Below, piece after piece: positions 19,515 to 31,972 of a stretch of 64,000 nt of DNA. The DNA is from an uncultured virus (IMG/VR IMGVR_UViG_2651869845_000001) (lineage: Duplodnaviria; Heunggongvirae; Uroviricota; Caudoviricetes). How positions within the stretch are numbered: position 1 is the first letter of the stretch; each line of letters starts with the position of its first letter. The position numbers and the translations under genes are program-made. The notes beneath the pieces were generated by a model. The model was not told the DNA's origin and made no database searches. It saw nothing but the letters and a program-made list of their open reading frames with translations. The DNA lies in the IMG/VR virus record IMGVR_UViG_2651869845_000001; one strand, 5' to 3'.

Positions 19515-21220
19515 GAGCGGTCCCCTTCGCCGGCGATGTTCCGGATACCGAGGGTGTCGGCGTCGGTGACCAGTCCGGCCATGCGTGCGCACTGAGGGCC
19601 CTGCAGCCACTCCAGCACCTCACCAGTCCGGACCTCACCCCGCCCTGGGGACGCCTTCTGCGACTCATCCCTGATCGTGCACATCTCCCTGACGAACGCC
19701 AGAGCGTCCTCGAGCTTGTAGACCTCCTGGCCCAGGCTCTCCACCTCCTCCCACGCCTCCCGACGGGTCAGAGGGATGTCTTCCTCCGCATGCCGAGCGT
19801 CGTACGCCGCGCATGACCGTTCGATCCACGCCTTCGGGATCAGATGGACCGTGTGCCCGAGCGGGAACCGCACCTCGTACTCCGTGGTACGCCCCCAGTC
19901 CGCCGGGTGACGCAGCCAGTGCATGACCTCGTGCCAACCGGTGCCCCGGTGGTCTTCCATCCGTTCACGGGTCCGCTTCATGAGTACGCCTCCCCAAGTG
20001 CACGCCGCTCCGCGGCACGCTTCCGGTCCTGCTCTGCCTGCCACTGCCGCCACAACCGGGACTGCCGCATCGTCGGCGTCATGTTCCGGTTCCACTTCTT
20101 GGGCTGCCACGCCTCCTTGCCGCTGCCATGCGGGGCGGGCAGGTACGTCGTCTTACCGTCGTCGGTCCACACGTAGTTCCCAGCCCGGTGCAGGCCCTCG
20201 TGGCGCCGCTTCAGGGCGCACCGCCAGTGCCGGTAGCCCCCGCCCTCGCCAGGGATCCCGGTCTTCTGCGGCCGGTCGTTGCAGTAGCCAGCGGCCACAG
20301 CCAGTGCGTCGCGCCAACGGTTCTGTACGCGGTGGATCGTGATCCATACACGTCCGGGGATCCTCATCGGTTGGTCTCCTTGCCGTAGCGACGGGTTCGG
20401 TGGCTGCTGTGCTGGGGGCAGGTGACGAAGTGTCCGAAGTGCGGGTTGCGTCGGAGTTTGGTGCGGTCGCAGTCGCAGCCCACGGCCGGCCCGCTCGTGT
20501 ACGCCAACACCCGGTCCGCGGTGAGCCACTTCGTGCGGAGCAGGGCGCGGCGTGAGTCGTCCCGGCCGAACGCCAGTGCAGCGACGGACGCGACGACGTC
20601 CGCCAGGCGGGCCAGGGAACGGCGCAGCACATCCCGCTCCGCCTGCAACCCCGCAATCCGCTTCCGTAGGGCTTCGGAGTCGTCTGCGTCGAGGTGCTTA
20701 TCGATGGCGTCCCTCAGTTCTCTGAGCGCTTCAGTGCTGATACCGACGTCCACCGACCACACCTGCGTGATGTCCACGTAGTCCACCTCCGGGAAGTGGA
20801 TGGTCACGCCTTCGTCGTCGTCGGGGTGGTTCGGGACGACACGGACGCCCTGGGGTCCGCAGTCCGGGGCCGGGCACTCGTGTCGGGCGCGACGGTGAGT
20901 CTCCAGCCCCCCGTGCACGCCAGGGCCCTGATGCGTCTCCTGCTCGGTCATGCTGCTCCTTGGGTTCGGGTTGTCGGGGGCGCCGCTCATGACGTTGGTC
21001 TGCGGGTGGTGCCCTTGGGGGCCCGGTGCGCCCCACGCCGGCGTCGGACGGATGCTTCGACCGGGTCGGATATGAAGGCGACCAGCACACTGATGGCGGC
21101 TGCTCCGCCCAGGGCGGCCCAGAGGTGCAGGCCGATGACGGCCAGGAGGATCCCGTACGCCAGTGACGCGGTGAGAACGAGAGCCAGGTAGACGGGGTTG
21201 TTGAGGGTTCTTCGGGTCAC
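19511..21220 (-). other. Four coupled hypothetical CDSs (19511-19981, 19978-20367, 20364-20990, 20987-~21220; the last is membrane-like)
   Basis: ATGA overlaps and protein-like composition. Confidence 0.6.
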
Positions 21221-21326
21221 GGTGCCCTCCTGGAAACGGATGTGACGGTGGGTTACGAACAGGTGGGATGTACTGGCGAGTACGGGTCTCAGCCCCGGAG
21301 GGAAGGACACCTTGCCCCCGAGCCGG

Positions 21327-21788
21327 TCACGCTGCGTGCAACCCGGCGCGGATCTCAGGCGTCACATCCACCCGAACCAACTGCAGAGCAACCGCCAACG
21401 CCGCCGCATGCGCACGATCCCGAGCCCCAAGACGCCTACGGGCCCCATGGATCTGCGCAACGACCGTGTGCTCAGACCGTGCCAACACCTCCGCAATCTC
21501 CCTGTTGGTACGACCGGCGGCAACCAGCTCGAGGACCTGCACCCACTGGGCCGGCAACTCCACGACCGGCACCGCCCGCAGGAGACCCTGGCCGAACGCG
21601 ATCCGAACCGCGTGCGCCTGGTTCGACGCCCCGAGCTTCTTCATCGCACTGGAGGCGTAGTTGTGTACGGACGGCTTCGCGAGGAACAGGTCGGCTGCGA
21701 TCTGGCTGTAGCTGGCCCCGTCGGAGAACGCCTGGAGGATCTGCACTTCGCGGTCGGTGAGGGGCAGACCGAATCGTGTGGCACGCAT
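21327..21788 (-). CDS. Tandem LuxR-type HTH regulator
   Basis: LTDREVQIL...GASYSQIAADLFL and VLELVAAGRTNREIAEVLARSEHTV. Confidence 0.88.
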   Translation of the reverse strand: MRATRFGLPLTDREVQILQAFSDGASYSQIAADLFLAKPSVHNYASSAMKKLGASNQAHAVRIAFGQGLLRAVPVVELPAQWVQVLELVAAGRTNREIAEVLARSEHTVVAQIHGARRRLGARDRAHAAALAVALQLVRVDVTPEIRAGLHAA

Positions 21789-21807
21789 CAAGACCTCCCG
21801 GGCGCAG

Positions 21808-22380
21808 TCACGACACGCCCCCGAAGTCCTGCAGCGGCTGGCCGGCCGGCAGGTACAGCGGGTGCCGGGGCTGCCCGGACGACGTCGTCCCCAGGCACGA
21901 CAAGGCCACCCCCTGCTTACGCAGCCCCGCAACAACCTCACGACCACGCTCAACAGCCACCGGGAACGCACCCCACGCCACGATCACCCCGTTACCGGCG
22001 GTGGACGCGCGACGTATGAACGCATCCCCGTACCGGCCGACCGGGTTCGGATGGGTGATCAGGTCCTTCGGGCGGGGTGAGCACAGGGAGAACAGGTTGA
22101 CCACGACAACCCCACCCGCACCCTCACGCCGGGCGAACCCGGTCGGCCCGGCCAAGCGCCGGATGGTCGGGTCATCGGTGAGGGCGTTCGCCGTGGACGG
22201 GTTGAGCATCAGGAACACCAGCGGCCGGACTGTGGGGTCCCAGATGCGGGTGAGGAGGTACCGGTACTCGCGGCGGGGGCTGTCGAATATTACGGCCGCG
22301 CACCCGCCGGCGAGGTCGGTGGACTGCTCCACGTGCACGTCCAGGTCCATGTCGGGCGGCATCAGCGTCAGGGTGCTCAC
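21808..22380 (-). CDS. DUF1643-family protein
   Basis: YRYLLTRIWD...FLMLNPSTA...DDPTIRR...VVNLF...VAWG...PRHPLY. Confidence 0.88.
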   Translation of the reverse strand: MSTLTLMPPDMDLDVHVEQSTDLAGGCAAVIFDSPRREYRYLLTRIWDPTVRPLVFLMLNPSTANALTDDPTIRRLAGPTGFARREGAGGVVVVNLFSLCSPRPKDLITHPNPVGRYGDAFIRRASTAGNGVIVAWGAFPVAVERGREVVAGLRKQGVALSCLGTTSSGQPRHPLYLPAGQPLQDFGGVS

Positions 22381-23929
22381 TCGGCACCACCCCGCTCCGG
22401 CTCCGGGGCCATGACGATGGTGCGGCTGCCGAGGAACTTGTTGAACTCCGCTTCCGGCATCCACCAGCACTCGCAGCCCCACACCGTCCCGCCACCGTCC
22501 AGGTCCAGGCGCGGGTTCAGGTCCATCTGCGCCAGCAGCTCAACAACCTGTTCATCCACAGTCATGGACGCCCGGTGGGCTTCTCGTTCGGCACGGATAC
22601 GCCGGTACTCCACCAGCTCGAGGTCGGCTTCCTCCTGGGTCCGCTTCCCTGCCGTCACGGTCTCCCCGAGCGTCCGGACCATCCACGCGTCGTCAGCGGC
22701 CCGCAGTTCGTCGGTGTTGTCGACATCCGACTCGATGACGTTGCGTGCCATCTGCCGGGTCTCCTCCGACCAGTTCCCGGACCCGGGGCGGGGAAAGTCC
22801 CCGGCGTACACGCCACGCCCGTAGAGGCGGACCGTGGTGTCTGTGGCATCCCGGACGGCTGCGATACGGGAACCGACCGCGTAGGCGCTCACAGGGTGCG
22901 TTCCGAGTTCATGAGGCAGCTGCCGGGGTCGATGCCGTCGCAGTTGTCGCAGGCGTGCGTGCAGCCCGGGTAGGACGTGGTGGCCGGGTGTCCGCCCTCT
23001 GCAACGTTCCGGATCAGGGCGACGCTGTCCGCCGGCGCATACACGTCCGGGGCCTGCCCATGCCAGTGCTCGACCAGGTCCGCAGCGTCGGTCATCCCCC
23101 GACGGTGCGCAGCGTCGGCAGCGGCACGCACGATCGGCAGGACAGCAGCGGCCAGGTCGGCGTCATCGACACGGGAGGACTGCGCCCGAATCGCGGCGGC
23201 GATCTGCTCGCCGATCTCCTTGTCCTGCCCGGTGACGCCGCGGTAGGCGGTGACGAGTCGCCCGATCGCGTCAACGTGCTCCCCCGCCTCCTCCGGCTGG
23301 CCGTGCTTGGTGAAGTCGATGGCGTGCTTGGCGCTGTCGGCGATGCCCCGCAGGTAGCCCTTCTGCAGGTCGACGGGTAGGGCAGTGGTGCTGTTCAGGT
23401 CGGGCATGGGTCAGCTCTCCTTGCCGTCGGTGCGCCAGTGGTCAGGCAGGCGGTCGAAGGCCCCGCCGTACATCACCTCCAGCTCGTGGCGCATCCGCTC
23501 GTTCTTGGTCCGCAGCTGCTCCATCTCGTCGCCGCGGCCCAGGGCACGGTCCAGGGCGTCGACCTGCCATGCCGCCAACTCCTCAGGCACGGACCGACCT
23601 GGGCAATGCGAGCACCACCCGAGCACGTGATGGGACGGGGTGCTGTGTCCTAGCGGGGTTTCGGGGTCAGCAGTCATGGGTCAGTTCTCCTCGGGGGTGA
23701 GGGCGGTCAGGGGTCGGATGGTGTGGTGGATGCGGGTGGGTTGGGCGTCGGGCTTGGGGCGGTGCGCGTGGCCGGGGCAGAAGTCGGCACTGTCACCGCC
23801 CACATCCCAGCCCTGCTGTTCGGCCAGGGCGTACGCCTGGGTTTCGTCGGCGGTACCGGTCGGCAGGAACTGTCCGCACATCCCATGCGGGCCGGACCGG
23901 TCGCAGCGCACGACCAGGGCGAGGCTCAT
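22377..23929 (-). other. Four hypothetical CDSs (22377-22892, 22889-23407, 23411-23677, 23681-23929)
   Basis: Tightly packed co-directional ORFs with RBSs or overlaps. Confidence 0.6.
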
Positions 23930-24321
23930 CAGAACTTCCACCATCCGTTGTAGCCGTCGGGGATGGCCGGGTAGTTGGCGAGCATCGGCCGCAGCACGGC
24001 CAGGTGCGCCTCGATCACGTCGAGCTTCTGCGCACCCCAGTAGTTCTCGCCGTCCCACCGGCCGTCGCAGTCACCGCCATACCGGCCGTCGTCGTGACGG
24101 GTGACGAACTCGGTGCCGTCAGCGGGCTCGGTGTCCTGGAAGTCCCACAGGGTCCCGACGCAGGCGACCGTGACGCCCTGCTTCCGGCGGAACCAGACGG
24201 CGTTGATCCGGCCGAAGTAGAAGCTGCTTCCGTCCCGGCGGTCCTTCTTGGCTGTCCGCAGCGAGCCGAGGTCGATGGCGTAGGGGCGGCGACTAATGAG
24301 GAACCGGTCTTCTCGGATCAA
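23929..24321 (-). CDS. Hypothetical protein, paralogue of 10636-11040
   Basis: End-to-end motif similarity with the + strand copy. Confidence 0.75.
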   Translation of the reverse strand: MIREDRFLISRRPYAIDLGSLRTAKKDRRDGSSFYFGRINAVWFRRKQGVTVACVGTLWDFQDTEPADGTEFVTRHDDGRYGGDCDGRWDGENYWGAQKLDVIEAHLAVLRPMLANYPAIPDGYNGWWKF

Positions 24322-24909
24322 GATGGGTCTCCTTATGTGGGAGGGCCGCCCGGCCGGGCTGCGACACCGTGGTGCTGGCCGGGCGGCCCGTTCGTGGTGG
24401 GGGGTGGTGCTGGTGACGTGCGGGTCAGTACTCGCGGCGGTCGACGGTGATGGTCGGCTTCCACGGGGCGACCGCTTCCTCGATACGGGCCTGGATTTCG
24501 TCCAGGTCGTCTTGGGTGAGGTCGCTCAGGTCGATGTGGATGTCGGCGGCGATCACGGGGCCTCCTGTGTCGGTTTTGGGTGGTGCGACCGGACACCCCA
24601 CGCAGGGGGGTTGGGTGGGGTGTCCGGCCCGTCGGGTCCCGTCGGGGGATGCAGGACCCGGGCTTGGGTGGTTAGGGGGTGACGCGGTAGTAGCGGGCGT
24701 CGTACCCGTGGATGGTGTTCTGTGCGGCATGGGTGGGGGCGGTGGTGGTGAGGAGGTGGTCGGTGACCTGAGCTACGTGTTCGTCGGGGACGGTCACGAC
24801 GGAGTCGGGGACGGTGTAGCCATCGGGGTCCGTAAGGCGGAGTTCCTGCACGCGGGTGCCCCCATGAGGTGGCGAGTGGCGGGTTGTTGGCCCTGCCCAC
24901 TCTAACGTC

Positions 24910-24933
24910 AATGTAGTGCGATGGCAATACATT
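24910..24933 (-). promoter_or_regulatory. Palindromic operator-promoter O3
   Basis: AATGTAGTG-cgatgg-CAATACATT; on - strand TTGCCA-17nt-TAGAGT. Confidence 0.85.
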
Positions 24934-25004
24934 GACAGTTCGGGTCCAACCAAAAGGGGCCCAACCCCACCCGGGAGTCAGACCCCTACCGCGAACCAGC
25001 AGGT

Positions 25005-25505
25005 CTAAAAGGGAGGTTCATCCGACCAGCCGCCACCCTGCTGCCCCGCCGACTGCGACGCCCACGGATCCTCCGCACCACGCCCCTGCGACTGGCGGCC
25101 CTGCTGCGCCGGCTGCTGCTGGCCCTGCCCACCTCCGCTGCCTGACGCCTTCGTCACCTTCGCCGTGGCGCGGAGCAGCGAGGGGGCCACTTCCTCGACA
25201 TCCAACTCAAAAACCGTCCGCTTGACCCCTTCCCGGTCCTCGTACGACCGCTGCTTCAACCGGCCCTGCACGATGACCCGCATCCCCTTCTCCAACGTCG
25301 AAGCCGCATTCTCCGCAGCCTGCCGCCAAACCGAGCAGGTCAGAAACAGCCCCTCGCCGTCCTTCCAGGCGTTCGTCTGCTTGTCGAAGATCCGAGGCGT
25401 GGACGCAACCCGGAACTGGCAGACCGCAGCGCCCGACGGGGTGAACTTCAGGTTCGGCTCGTCGACCAGATTGCCAACCAGGGTGATCATCGTTTCGCCA
25501 GCCAT
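25005..25505 (-). CDS. ssb: Single-stranded DNA-binding protein
   Basis: [28 protein letters not shown]...[21 protein letters not shown]...DEPPF. Confidence 0.97.
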   Translation of the reverse strand: MAGETMITLVGNLVDEPNLKFTPSGAAVCQFRVASTPRIFDKQTNAWKDGEGLFLTCSVWRQAAENAASTLEKGMRVIVQGRLKQRSYEDREGVKRTVFELDVEEVAPSLLRATAKVTKASGSGGGQGQQQPAQQGRQSQGRGAEDPWASQSAGQQGGGWSDEPPF

Positions 25506-26437
25506 CAGGCTGCACTCCTCATGTCGTCACGGGTCATGTCCTTGTCCTGCAGCGAGACGTACACCCGCCGCCACGGCACCGGCCGGCCCTCAGCACGGGC
25601 CGCGGCCTTCAAGCGCTCCCACGACCTCGAGACCGCGTCCGCGCTCATCTCCATACGCGCACCGACCTCATCCGGGGTCAGGTTCGTCCACTCCATCAGG
25701 TGCTGGATGGCCTGCCGGCGCCCCTCGTTGCCGAGCACCACCGACTCCCCCAGCAGGAACCGGTCGACGACGTTGGCCCCCTCGGTCGGGCGAGGCGCTG
25801 CAGCGTCCATCTGCGGAAGCGCCTTCGGGTCGTCGATCGTGTCGTCATCCCACGCCAACGGAGGGGCCCAACCGTGGCTCTCTGCCAGCCGTCGGGTCTT
25901 CCACGATGCCCCGACCCTCATGGCCAGCGCGTCGTACGCCTGCCTGATGGCGCGGTCCCTGTCCAGTGCCAGTGTCGACCAGTGACCGACCGCCAGGCCG
26001 CTGATGAAGTCCCGCGACAGCCCGGACACTGCAGCGATCTCGTGCTGGTAGTGGCCAAGAGCGTACAAAGCTCTCAGTCGGCGTACAGCGCCCAGCGACG
26101 ATACGTTTCCCAAGGTCACTGGGGAAGACGCCTGCACTGCCATGATCCCCAGTGCGTTTCTGCGGAGAACAGTCTTCCGATGGCCCAGTGCAACCTTCGC
26201 AATAGTGGTCGCGCTGACTCCCGAGACTCCGGCTATCTGGCCGCTGCTCATGCCGCACTTCTGCAGCATCAACACGTGGTTGCGCACAGGGCCGGCGGGG
26301 ACAGACCGCGGCCGGCCCGCAAGACGGTCCAGGCGCCGTTCCGCGTCGGCTCGGGACGCAGCCCGGGTGCAGCGGGGGCACCTGCAGCCTTGCTTGTAGT
26401 CGCTCTGAGTGCCATGCCGGTCTGTCGACTTGCTCAT
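25505..26437 (-). CDS. Multi-HTH regulator with N-terminal HGT...CRC..C Zn motif
   Basis: [54 protein letters not shown]; similar to 44128-44931. Confidence 0.7.
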   Translation of the reverse strand: MSKSTDRHGTQSDYKQGCRCPRCTRAASRADAERRLDRLAGRPRSVPAGPVRNHVLMLQKCGMSSGQIAGVSGVSATTIAKVALGHRKTVLRRNALGIMAVQASSPVTLGNVSSLGAVRRLRALYALGHYQHEIAAVSGLSRDFISGLAVGHWSTLALDRDRAIRQAYDALAMRVGASWKTRRLAESHGWAPPLAWDDDTIDDPKALPQMDAAAPRPTEGANVVDRFLLGESVVLGNEGRRQAIQHLMEWTNLTPDEVGARMEMSADAVSRSWERLKAAARAEGRPVPWRRVYVSLQDKDMTRDDMRSAA

Positions 26438-26937
26438 GCCGACACCCCCACGTTCTGCATGGCCATGTCCAACGCCTCGGCAGTCATGGACTCCAGAGCC
26501 CGCTGGACGTTGCGGACGGTCTGCACGTTCGTGCCCATGGCGTCCGCGATGCCCTTCGGCTTCAACGTCTTCTCCAGCTCCAGGAACTCGCCCAGGCGGT
26601 GCTCGATGATGTGGTCCCGGGCGGATTTGCCGTCCCGGGCCCGCTCGTAGGCCTTGAGGCGGCGGCCCTGCAGCTTGCGCCGCTCCTTCTCCGTCATGCC
26701 ACCCCACACCCCCGCCCCCTGCTTGGTGTCCAACGCCCATCCCAGGCACTCCCCCTGGACCGGGCACCGCTGGCACACGCCCTTCGCCTGTTCGGCCTGC
26801 ATCACCGCCTCATCCGACCCTCCGAGGGGGAAGAACAGGTCGGGGTCTTCGTTGGCGCAGGCGGACAGGTGACGCCAGTCGTGGGCGGGTCCGGGGGCTA
26901 CGGCGTTTGTTATGGCACGGCCTGTCATCACGGTCAT
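26434..26937 (-). CDS. WhiB-family transcription factor with C-terminal HTH
   Basis: WRHLSACANEDPDLFFP...AKGVCQRCPVQGECL...GVWGGMTEKERR. Confidence 0.93.
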   Translation of the reverse strand: MTVMTGRAITNAVAPGPAHDWRHLSACANEDPDLFFPLGGSDEAVMQAEQAKGVCQRCPVQGECLGWALDTKQGAGVWGGMTEKERRKLQGRRLKAYERARDGKSARDHIIEHRLGEFLELEKTLKPKGIADAMGTNVQTVRNVQRALESMTAEALDMAMQNVGVSA

Positions 26938-27479
26938 TTGGGGTCTCCGGTGAGGGTGTAGAGGCGGATGATCGCGCCGGGCTGGTCGAGGGCTTCGGGG
27001 TGTTCGCCGGGGTAGACCTTGCGGGCGGTGAGTTCAGTGACTTGGGAGTCGTCCTTGATGACTCCGGATGCTGAGAGGGAGTCGAGGCATGCGCGGGCGT
27101 GGTGGTCGATGTCTGTGCTGTGTCGGGTGATGGGCCAGGTGCGGCGGCGTTTGGGGGCGGTCTTGGGTTTGGGGACGGTGATGGTGACTTGGACGTTGGT
27201 GGGGGTGTTGGTGTAGAGGCCGTGTTCCTGTTTGGGGGTGCGGCAGGTAAGGCAGATGCCGTTCCAGTCGGTGTAGCCGTGGCAGCCGGTGGTGTCGCGG
27301 ACGGCTTGGATGATGGCGTGGCGCCAGGGTTTGAGGGTTTTCTCGTTGGTGTGGCGGGCGCCGCGGCCTTTGCCGAGGAAGCTGATTTGGCCTTGGCCGG
27401 CGGGGGTGCCGTGGACGGTGATGAGGGCGACTTGCTGCCAGACCGTGCTGGGGAGGGAGTCGGGGGCTGTGAGGGTCAC
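26934..27479 (-). CDS. rusA: RusA-family Holliday junction resolvase
   Basis: VHGTPAGQG...KPWR...DIDHHARACLDSL...IKDDSQVTEL...K. Confidence 0.8.
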   Translation of the reverse strand: MTLTAPDSLPSTVWQQVALITVHGTPAGQGQISFLGKGRGARHTNEKTLKPWRHAIIQAVRDTTGCHGYTDWNGICLTCRTPKQEHGLYTNTPTNVQVTITVPKPKTAPKRRRTWPITRHSTDIDHHARACLDSLSASGVIKDDSQVTELTARKVYPGEHPEALDQPGAIIRLYTLTGDPK

Positions 27480-27502
27480 TGGGGGCCTTCCGGTGGCGGC
27501 GG

Positions 27503-30500
27503 TTAGTGGACGCGCAGGACGGTCAGCGGCATGGCGCCGGGCGTGGCGGCGTCGGCGGTAGCCCAGTTGGCGACCCAGTCCCAGTCGGGGTCTTCGTCGT
27601 TCTCCGGGTTCGGGGCGTGGAACGTGGCCCAGACCTGCTTGATGTCGGGGAGCCAGTCCCGGCGGTAGCAGGTGGTGCAGTCCTGGAGGTTGAGCAGTCC
27701 GATGAAGAGGCGGGCGTGTCGGTTGAATGCGGCGAGGGCCCGTCGGGGGGTGTGGTGTCCGAGGGCGAACATCCATTCGCCTTCTTCTCCGAGGTGGGCG
27801 ACGGGGATGTCGAAGTGGGTGGCTTCCATGGTTTCGGGGGTGGGTCCGGGGGTGGTGATGGTGGTCATGGTTGGTCTCCTGGGGTGGTTAGGCGGCGTAT
27901 TCGGTGATGTGGATGGGGCCGTGGGGTCCGGTGCGGAGGTGGGTGGCTTGGCCTTGGCTGTGGCCTAGGTGGATGTGTTGGCAGTAGTGGCACCGGTAGG
28001 TGTGGAAGCCGGGTCCGCCTTCGCCGCGTATTTGGCGGGCTCGTCGGCGGGCTTGGCGTCTGCTGGTGAAGCGGGCTTTGCCGAGGCAGGCGATCTGGTA
28101 CTCGGTCATGCGGCTTCGCGGGTGTTGCTGGCTTGGGCGCGGAGGGCTTGGCATTCGATGAGGCGGTAGGCGAGGACGTCTTCGTAGAGGTGGGCTTTCT
28201 TCTCCCAGTCCTTGGTCCCTGTGGTGGCGAGTTGCTTGTGTACGTCGCGTAGGAGAGTTTTGAGAGACCAGCGCCAGCGGGTGAGGTTGTCGGGGTGCCG
28301 GAGGGCGAGGCGGTCTGCGGCGGTGGCGGTCTTCTTGGCGTCGGCGTCGACGAGGTCGGTGAAGTCGGTGGCGCTGAGGGTTTGGAGGCGTGCGACGTCT
28401 TGGGGCTGTGCCTCTTGGTCTGTGGGGAGTTCTTCGTTGAGGTTTCGGGTGAGGTGCCACAGGGCGCAGCGGCATTTGTAGGGGTGGAGGGTGGCTTGGT
28501 GGAGGAAGTGGTCGGTGATGCGTTGCCGGTCGGCTGCTTGGTATGTGGGGTGTCCGATGCGCCAGGGGGTGGGGCAGACCTTCTTCATGGCGTGTCCTTC
28601 TTGGGTGTGCGGGGTGCGGGGAGTCCGAGGTGGTCGGCGAGGTTGCTGCGGGCGGTGATGTCGTGGGCGGGGTTGTTGATCCATCCGGTGAGGCGGGTGA
28701 TGACTGCGCGGATGCGGGCGAGTTCGTCTTCGGCTGCGCGTAGGTCGGGGTGGTGTTGGAGTTGGGTGGCGAGGCCGGCGATGTAGGCGGGCTCTGGCAG
28801 GCCGTCAGCCATGGCTTGCCTTGCGGTGCTGGCACTTGCCGGTCAGGCAGGGGTGGGCACGGCGGTCGTACTCCTCGCGGTTGACCAGTTCGTGTCGGTA
28901 GCCTTCGCGGGCTTCGCGGCGCCGGTCGGCGACGCGCGGCGTGAACTCCTTGTGGGCGTCTTCGGCGAGCGGGCCGACGTACTCCTCAAGGGCTGATCCG
29001 GCGACGCAGCCGTTGGGGGCGATGCGGATCCAGAAGCCTCGGTTCTTGGTGTCGGTCATGGCTGTGGGTGCTCCTTGGGCTGGTCGTTGTCGGCGGCGTG
29101 GGCTGCGCGGAGTTCGGCGACGTCGGTGAGTTGGGTGTCGGCGGCGCTGGTGGTGGCCCGGTGGACGCCTTCGCCGATTTGGCGGGCGCGGATGGCGCGG
29201 GGGTTGTGGCTGGTGCAGTCGGCGACGGTGGCGGTGAACTGGTCGATGTCGCCGATGTGGGTGACGGGGGTGGCGTGCCACTGGCCGTGGGGGCATTTCT
29301 GGGTGGCGGTGAGTTGGTTGGGGTGCCGGTCGTAGATGAGGCGGGCACTGTGGGGGTTGTCGGGGTCCATGAGCGCCGTGGCTTGGTCGGTGCTCATGCC
29401 GGTCCAGGTGTCGTAGTAGGCGGGTATGCCGAGGGTGCCGGCGTGGATGGTGGCGGTGGCGGCGTTGGCGCGGGCGTCGAAGATGACGGGCGGGTCGAGG
29501 ATCACGACCGGTTCGGCCGGGTCTGGGGCGGGCTTGTCGAGGCTGATGGGTGTGGTTTTGGTGAGGTCGACCAGGCGGAGGGGCGGCTGGGGTGCGGGGG
29601 CCCGGCGGGTGGGCTGGGTGCGGTGCGGCTTGCGGGTGCGGGTACGGCTGCTCACGGTTGTTCTCCGTCCTGGTGCTGGGTGTTGTTGCGTGGTGCGAGG
29701 CCGTGCTGGGAGGCGTAGATCATGGCTGCGGCTATGACTCCGAGCACGGCGGCGATCGAGGCGGGCCAGGTCACTCGGTCGGCTGGGGAGCGTCGGGGCC
29801 GGCCGGTACGCCGGCCATTTCCGCGTCAAGGTCGAGTGAGTACCGGAGCATGGCGGCGGCGTGGTCCTGGCCGATGCCGTCCAGCCAGTCGGCGTTGGAG
29901 CGGGTCATCTCGGCGCGGGAGGCGCGGATGCGGTCCAGCTCGGCCAGCAAGGCAGGGACCGCGTCGGCCGGTGCGTGTGCGGAGCAGCAGGAGAAGCCGA
30001 TGGTCGGGTGATCCTGGTAGACCGCCACGGCGGTACGGATCTCCTGCTCACGTTCCGGGGTGAGGGGGCTGGCGGGGGTGGTGTCGGTCATCGGGTTCCT
30101 TCCGTGCTGAGCGGTCTGGTCTCTTCGGTGGCGCTCACGAGGTCACCTCTGTCATGCAGTGGCGCTCCCACTTGGCGGCGAACCGGTCGATCGGCTTGTC
30201 CGGCGTGACGGTTCCGAGGTCCTTGCCGCACTGGCAGGACCCGATCAGTTCGCAGTCGCCGTACTGGACGATCAGGGCGTGGCCGCCCGCGAGGGTTTCC
30301 CGGAAGTCAGGGTCCGGCTGATCGGCCCACGGTTCGGCGTAGGTGCGTGTGAGCAGCGCGCGGGCAGCAACGGCGGTGAGGCCGGTCTTCTCCAGTGCGT
30401 CGAGGAGGTCCATGCGGGCGGTCACAGGGCATCGGCCAGCAGGTCGACGTGCGCCAGCTCGGTCTCGGCTGCCTTGACGGCGGCCAGCTCGAAGCGGAGT

Positions 30501-31519
30501 TCGATGATGCGGTCCTGGTAGCCGAGGACGTACATGAGGGCGGGGTGGTATTCGGCGTGGAGGGCGGCACGGACGTTGAGTTGGTCGAGGGTGAGGGTGG
30601 CGGAGTCGTCGTAGGCGTCGCCGCGGCCGGCGTAGTAGGGGTCGGGGTCGCCGGTGGTGGCGGGGGCGGGGGTCATGGTGGTCATGTCGGGTCTCCGTCT
30701 GGTGGGGGCGGGCGGCTGGGGGTTACGCGACGGTGCGGAGGGCGTTGGTGATTTCGTAGGCGACGACCTCGGTGTCGAGGAGCAGCACGGACACGTGGAC
30801 GGGGATGGTCGTGCCGTTGGCGTAGGGCTCGGTGGTGGTGTGGAGGGTCCACAGGGCGAGCTGGTCGCCGGCGGGCTGGCGGGTGGTGGTGCCGTGCATG
30901 ATGTGGAGCCAGAGGGCGAGGTCGTCAATGTCGGCGGTGAAGATGTGGGCGGTTCCGTCGTCGCGTACTTCGAGGCGTCCGAGGGGCAGGCCGTAGAGGT
31001 TGGTGGTGCATTCGACGGCGGTGGTGATGTCCTGGCGGGCCTGCTGGCGGGCGAGGAAGCTGGTGTCGGCCATGGGTTCTCCTGTGCTGGGTGTGCGGAG
31101 GTTGGACACCCGGGCCTGGGAGCTACTGCCGTACCTGGGGTGCGGGTGCTCACCAAGCCCGGGGAGCTTGGGGGTTAGTCGCTTTCGATGCGGTGTTCGT
31201 CGGCGCAGGTCTCGCACTGGACGAATTCGACGGTGCCGTCCCGGTAGGTGCGGGCCTTTACGGCGTCGAACACGCGGGTGCAGCCGTAGCAGTTCTGGCA
31301 GCTGCAGCGGGCGAGTTCACCGGAGGCCGGGGGTCGGATGCCGATGAGGTCGATGACCTGGCCGTGGAGGAGGGCGGAGGCGGTGAGGTTTCGGTTGTCG
31401 GCCTCATGGTCGGCCTGGTCGAGCAGGGCGCTGGCCTTGGCGGCAGTGCCGGGGGCGAGTCGGTGAAGCTGGATCTCGCAGGGGCGTGTTTGGGCGTGCG
31501 GCAGTACAGCTGTGGCCAT
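27503..31519 (-). other. Run of about 12 small hypothetical CDSs (e.g. 27503-27868, 28106-28588, 28585-28812, 28805-29059, 29056-~29655, 29771-30091, 30135-30425, 30422-30686, 30723-31074, 31175-31519)
   Basis: Co-directional, overlapping start/stop codons, many with GGAG RBS and Cys/His motifs. Confidence 0.6.
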
Positions 31520-31591
31520 GTCTGGCTCCTGAACTGGGGTGCTGTGTCCGCGTGTTGGGCGGGACGTTGTCGGCTACGCCAGACTAACGCG

Positions 31592-31615
31592 AATGTAGTG
31601 TCATGGCAATACATT
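31592..31615 (-). promoter_or_regulatory. Palindromic operator-promoter O4
   Basis: AATGTAGTG-tcatgg-CAATACATT; on - strand TTGCCA-17nt-TAGTCT. Confidence 0.85.
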
Positions 31616-31633
31616 GGGTGGGGTGGGCATGAG

Positions 31634-31672
31634 AAAGCCCCCGGACCCGGCGGTAAACCCGGGGCGGGGGCT
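31634..31672 (-). terminator. Probable terminator upstream of O4
   Basis: AGCCCCCG...CGGGGGCT stem followed by TTTC on -. Confidence 0.55.
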
Positions 31673-31699
31673 CCTCTGTCCTGCGGGACCAGACCTGAA

Positions 31700-31972
31700 C
31701 TAGTCCCGCTTGGCGATCTCCTCCTTGTGCACCCGAAGCATCTCGGTGAAGGACACCACCATGACGCTCTGCCGGCGGCCAATGTCACGGTTCAACCTGG
31801 CCACCCACCGATGGGAGACGCGCTCCTCCCACTCGGTCCTGACGTCGTGTGCGGCGATCCACCGCCTCAGGGTCGTCTCGCTGGCGGGGTGCCCCGTCTC
31901 CCTGAATAAGGCGGAGCACTCCTGGAGGGTGACCATGTCGCTGACGTCCGGCGTGACTGTGAAGACGGCCAA
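31700..31972 (-). CDS. Small HTH (MerR/Xis-like) protein
   Basis: MVTLQECSALFRETGHPASETTLRRWI. Confidence 0.6.
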   Translation of the reverse strand: MAVFTVTPDVSDMVTLQECSALFRETGHPASETTLRRWIAAHDVRTEWEERVSHRWVARLNRDIGRRQSVMVVSFTEMLRVHKEEIAKRD

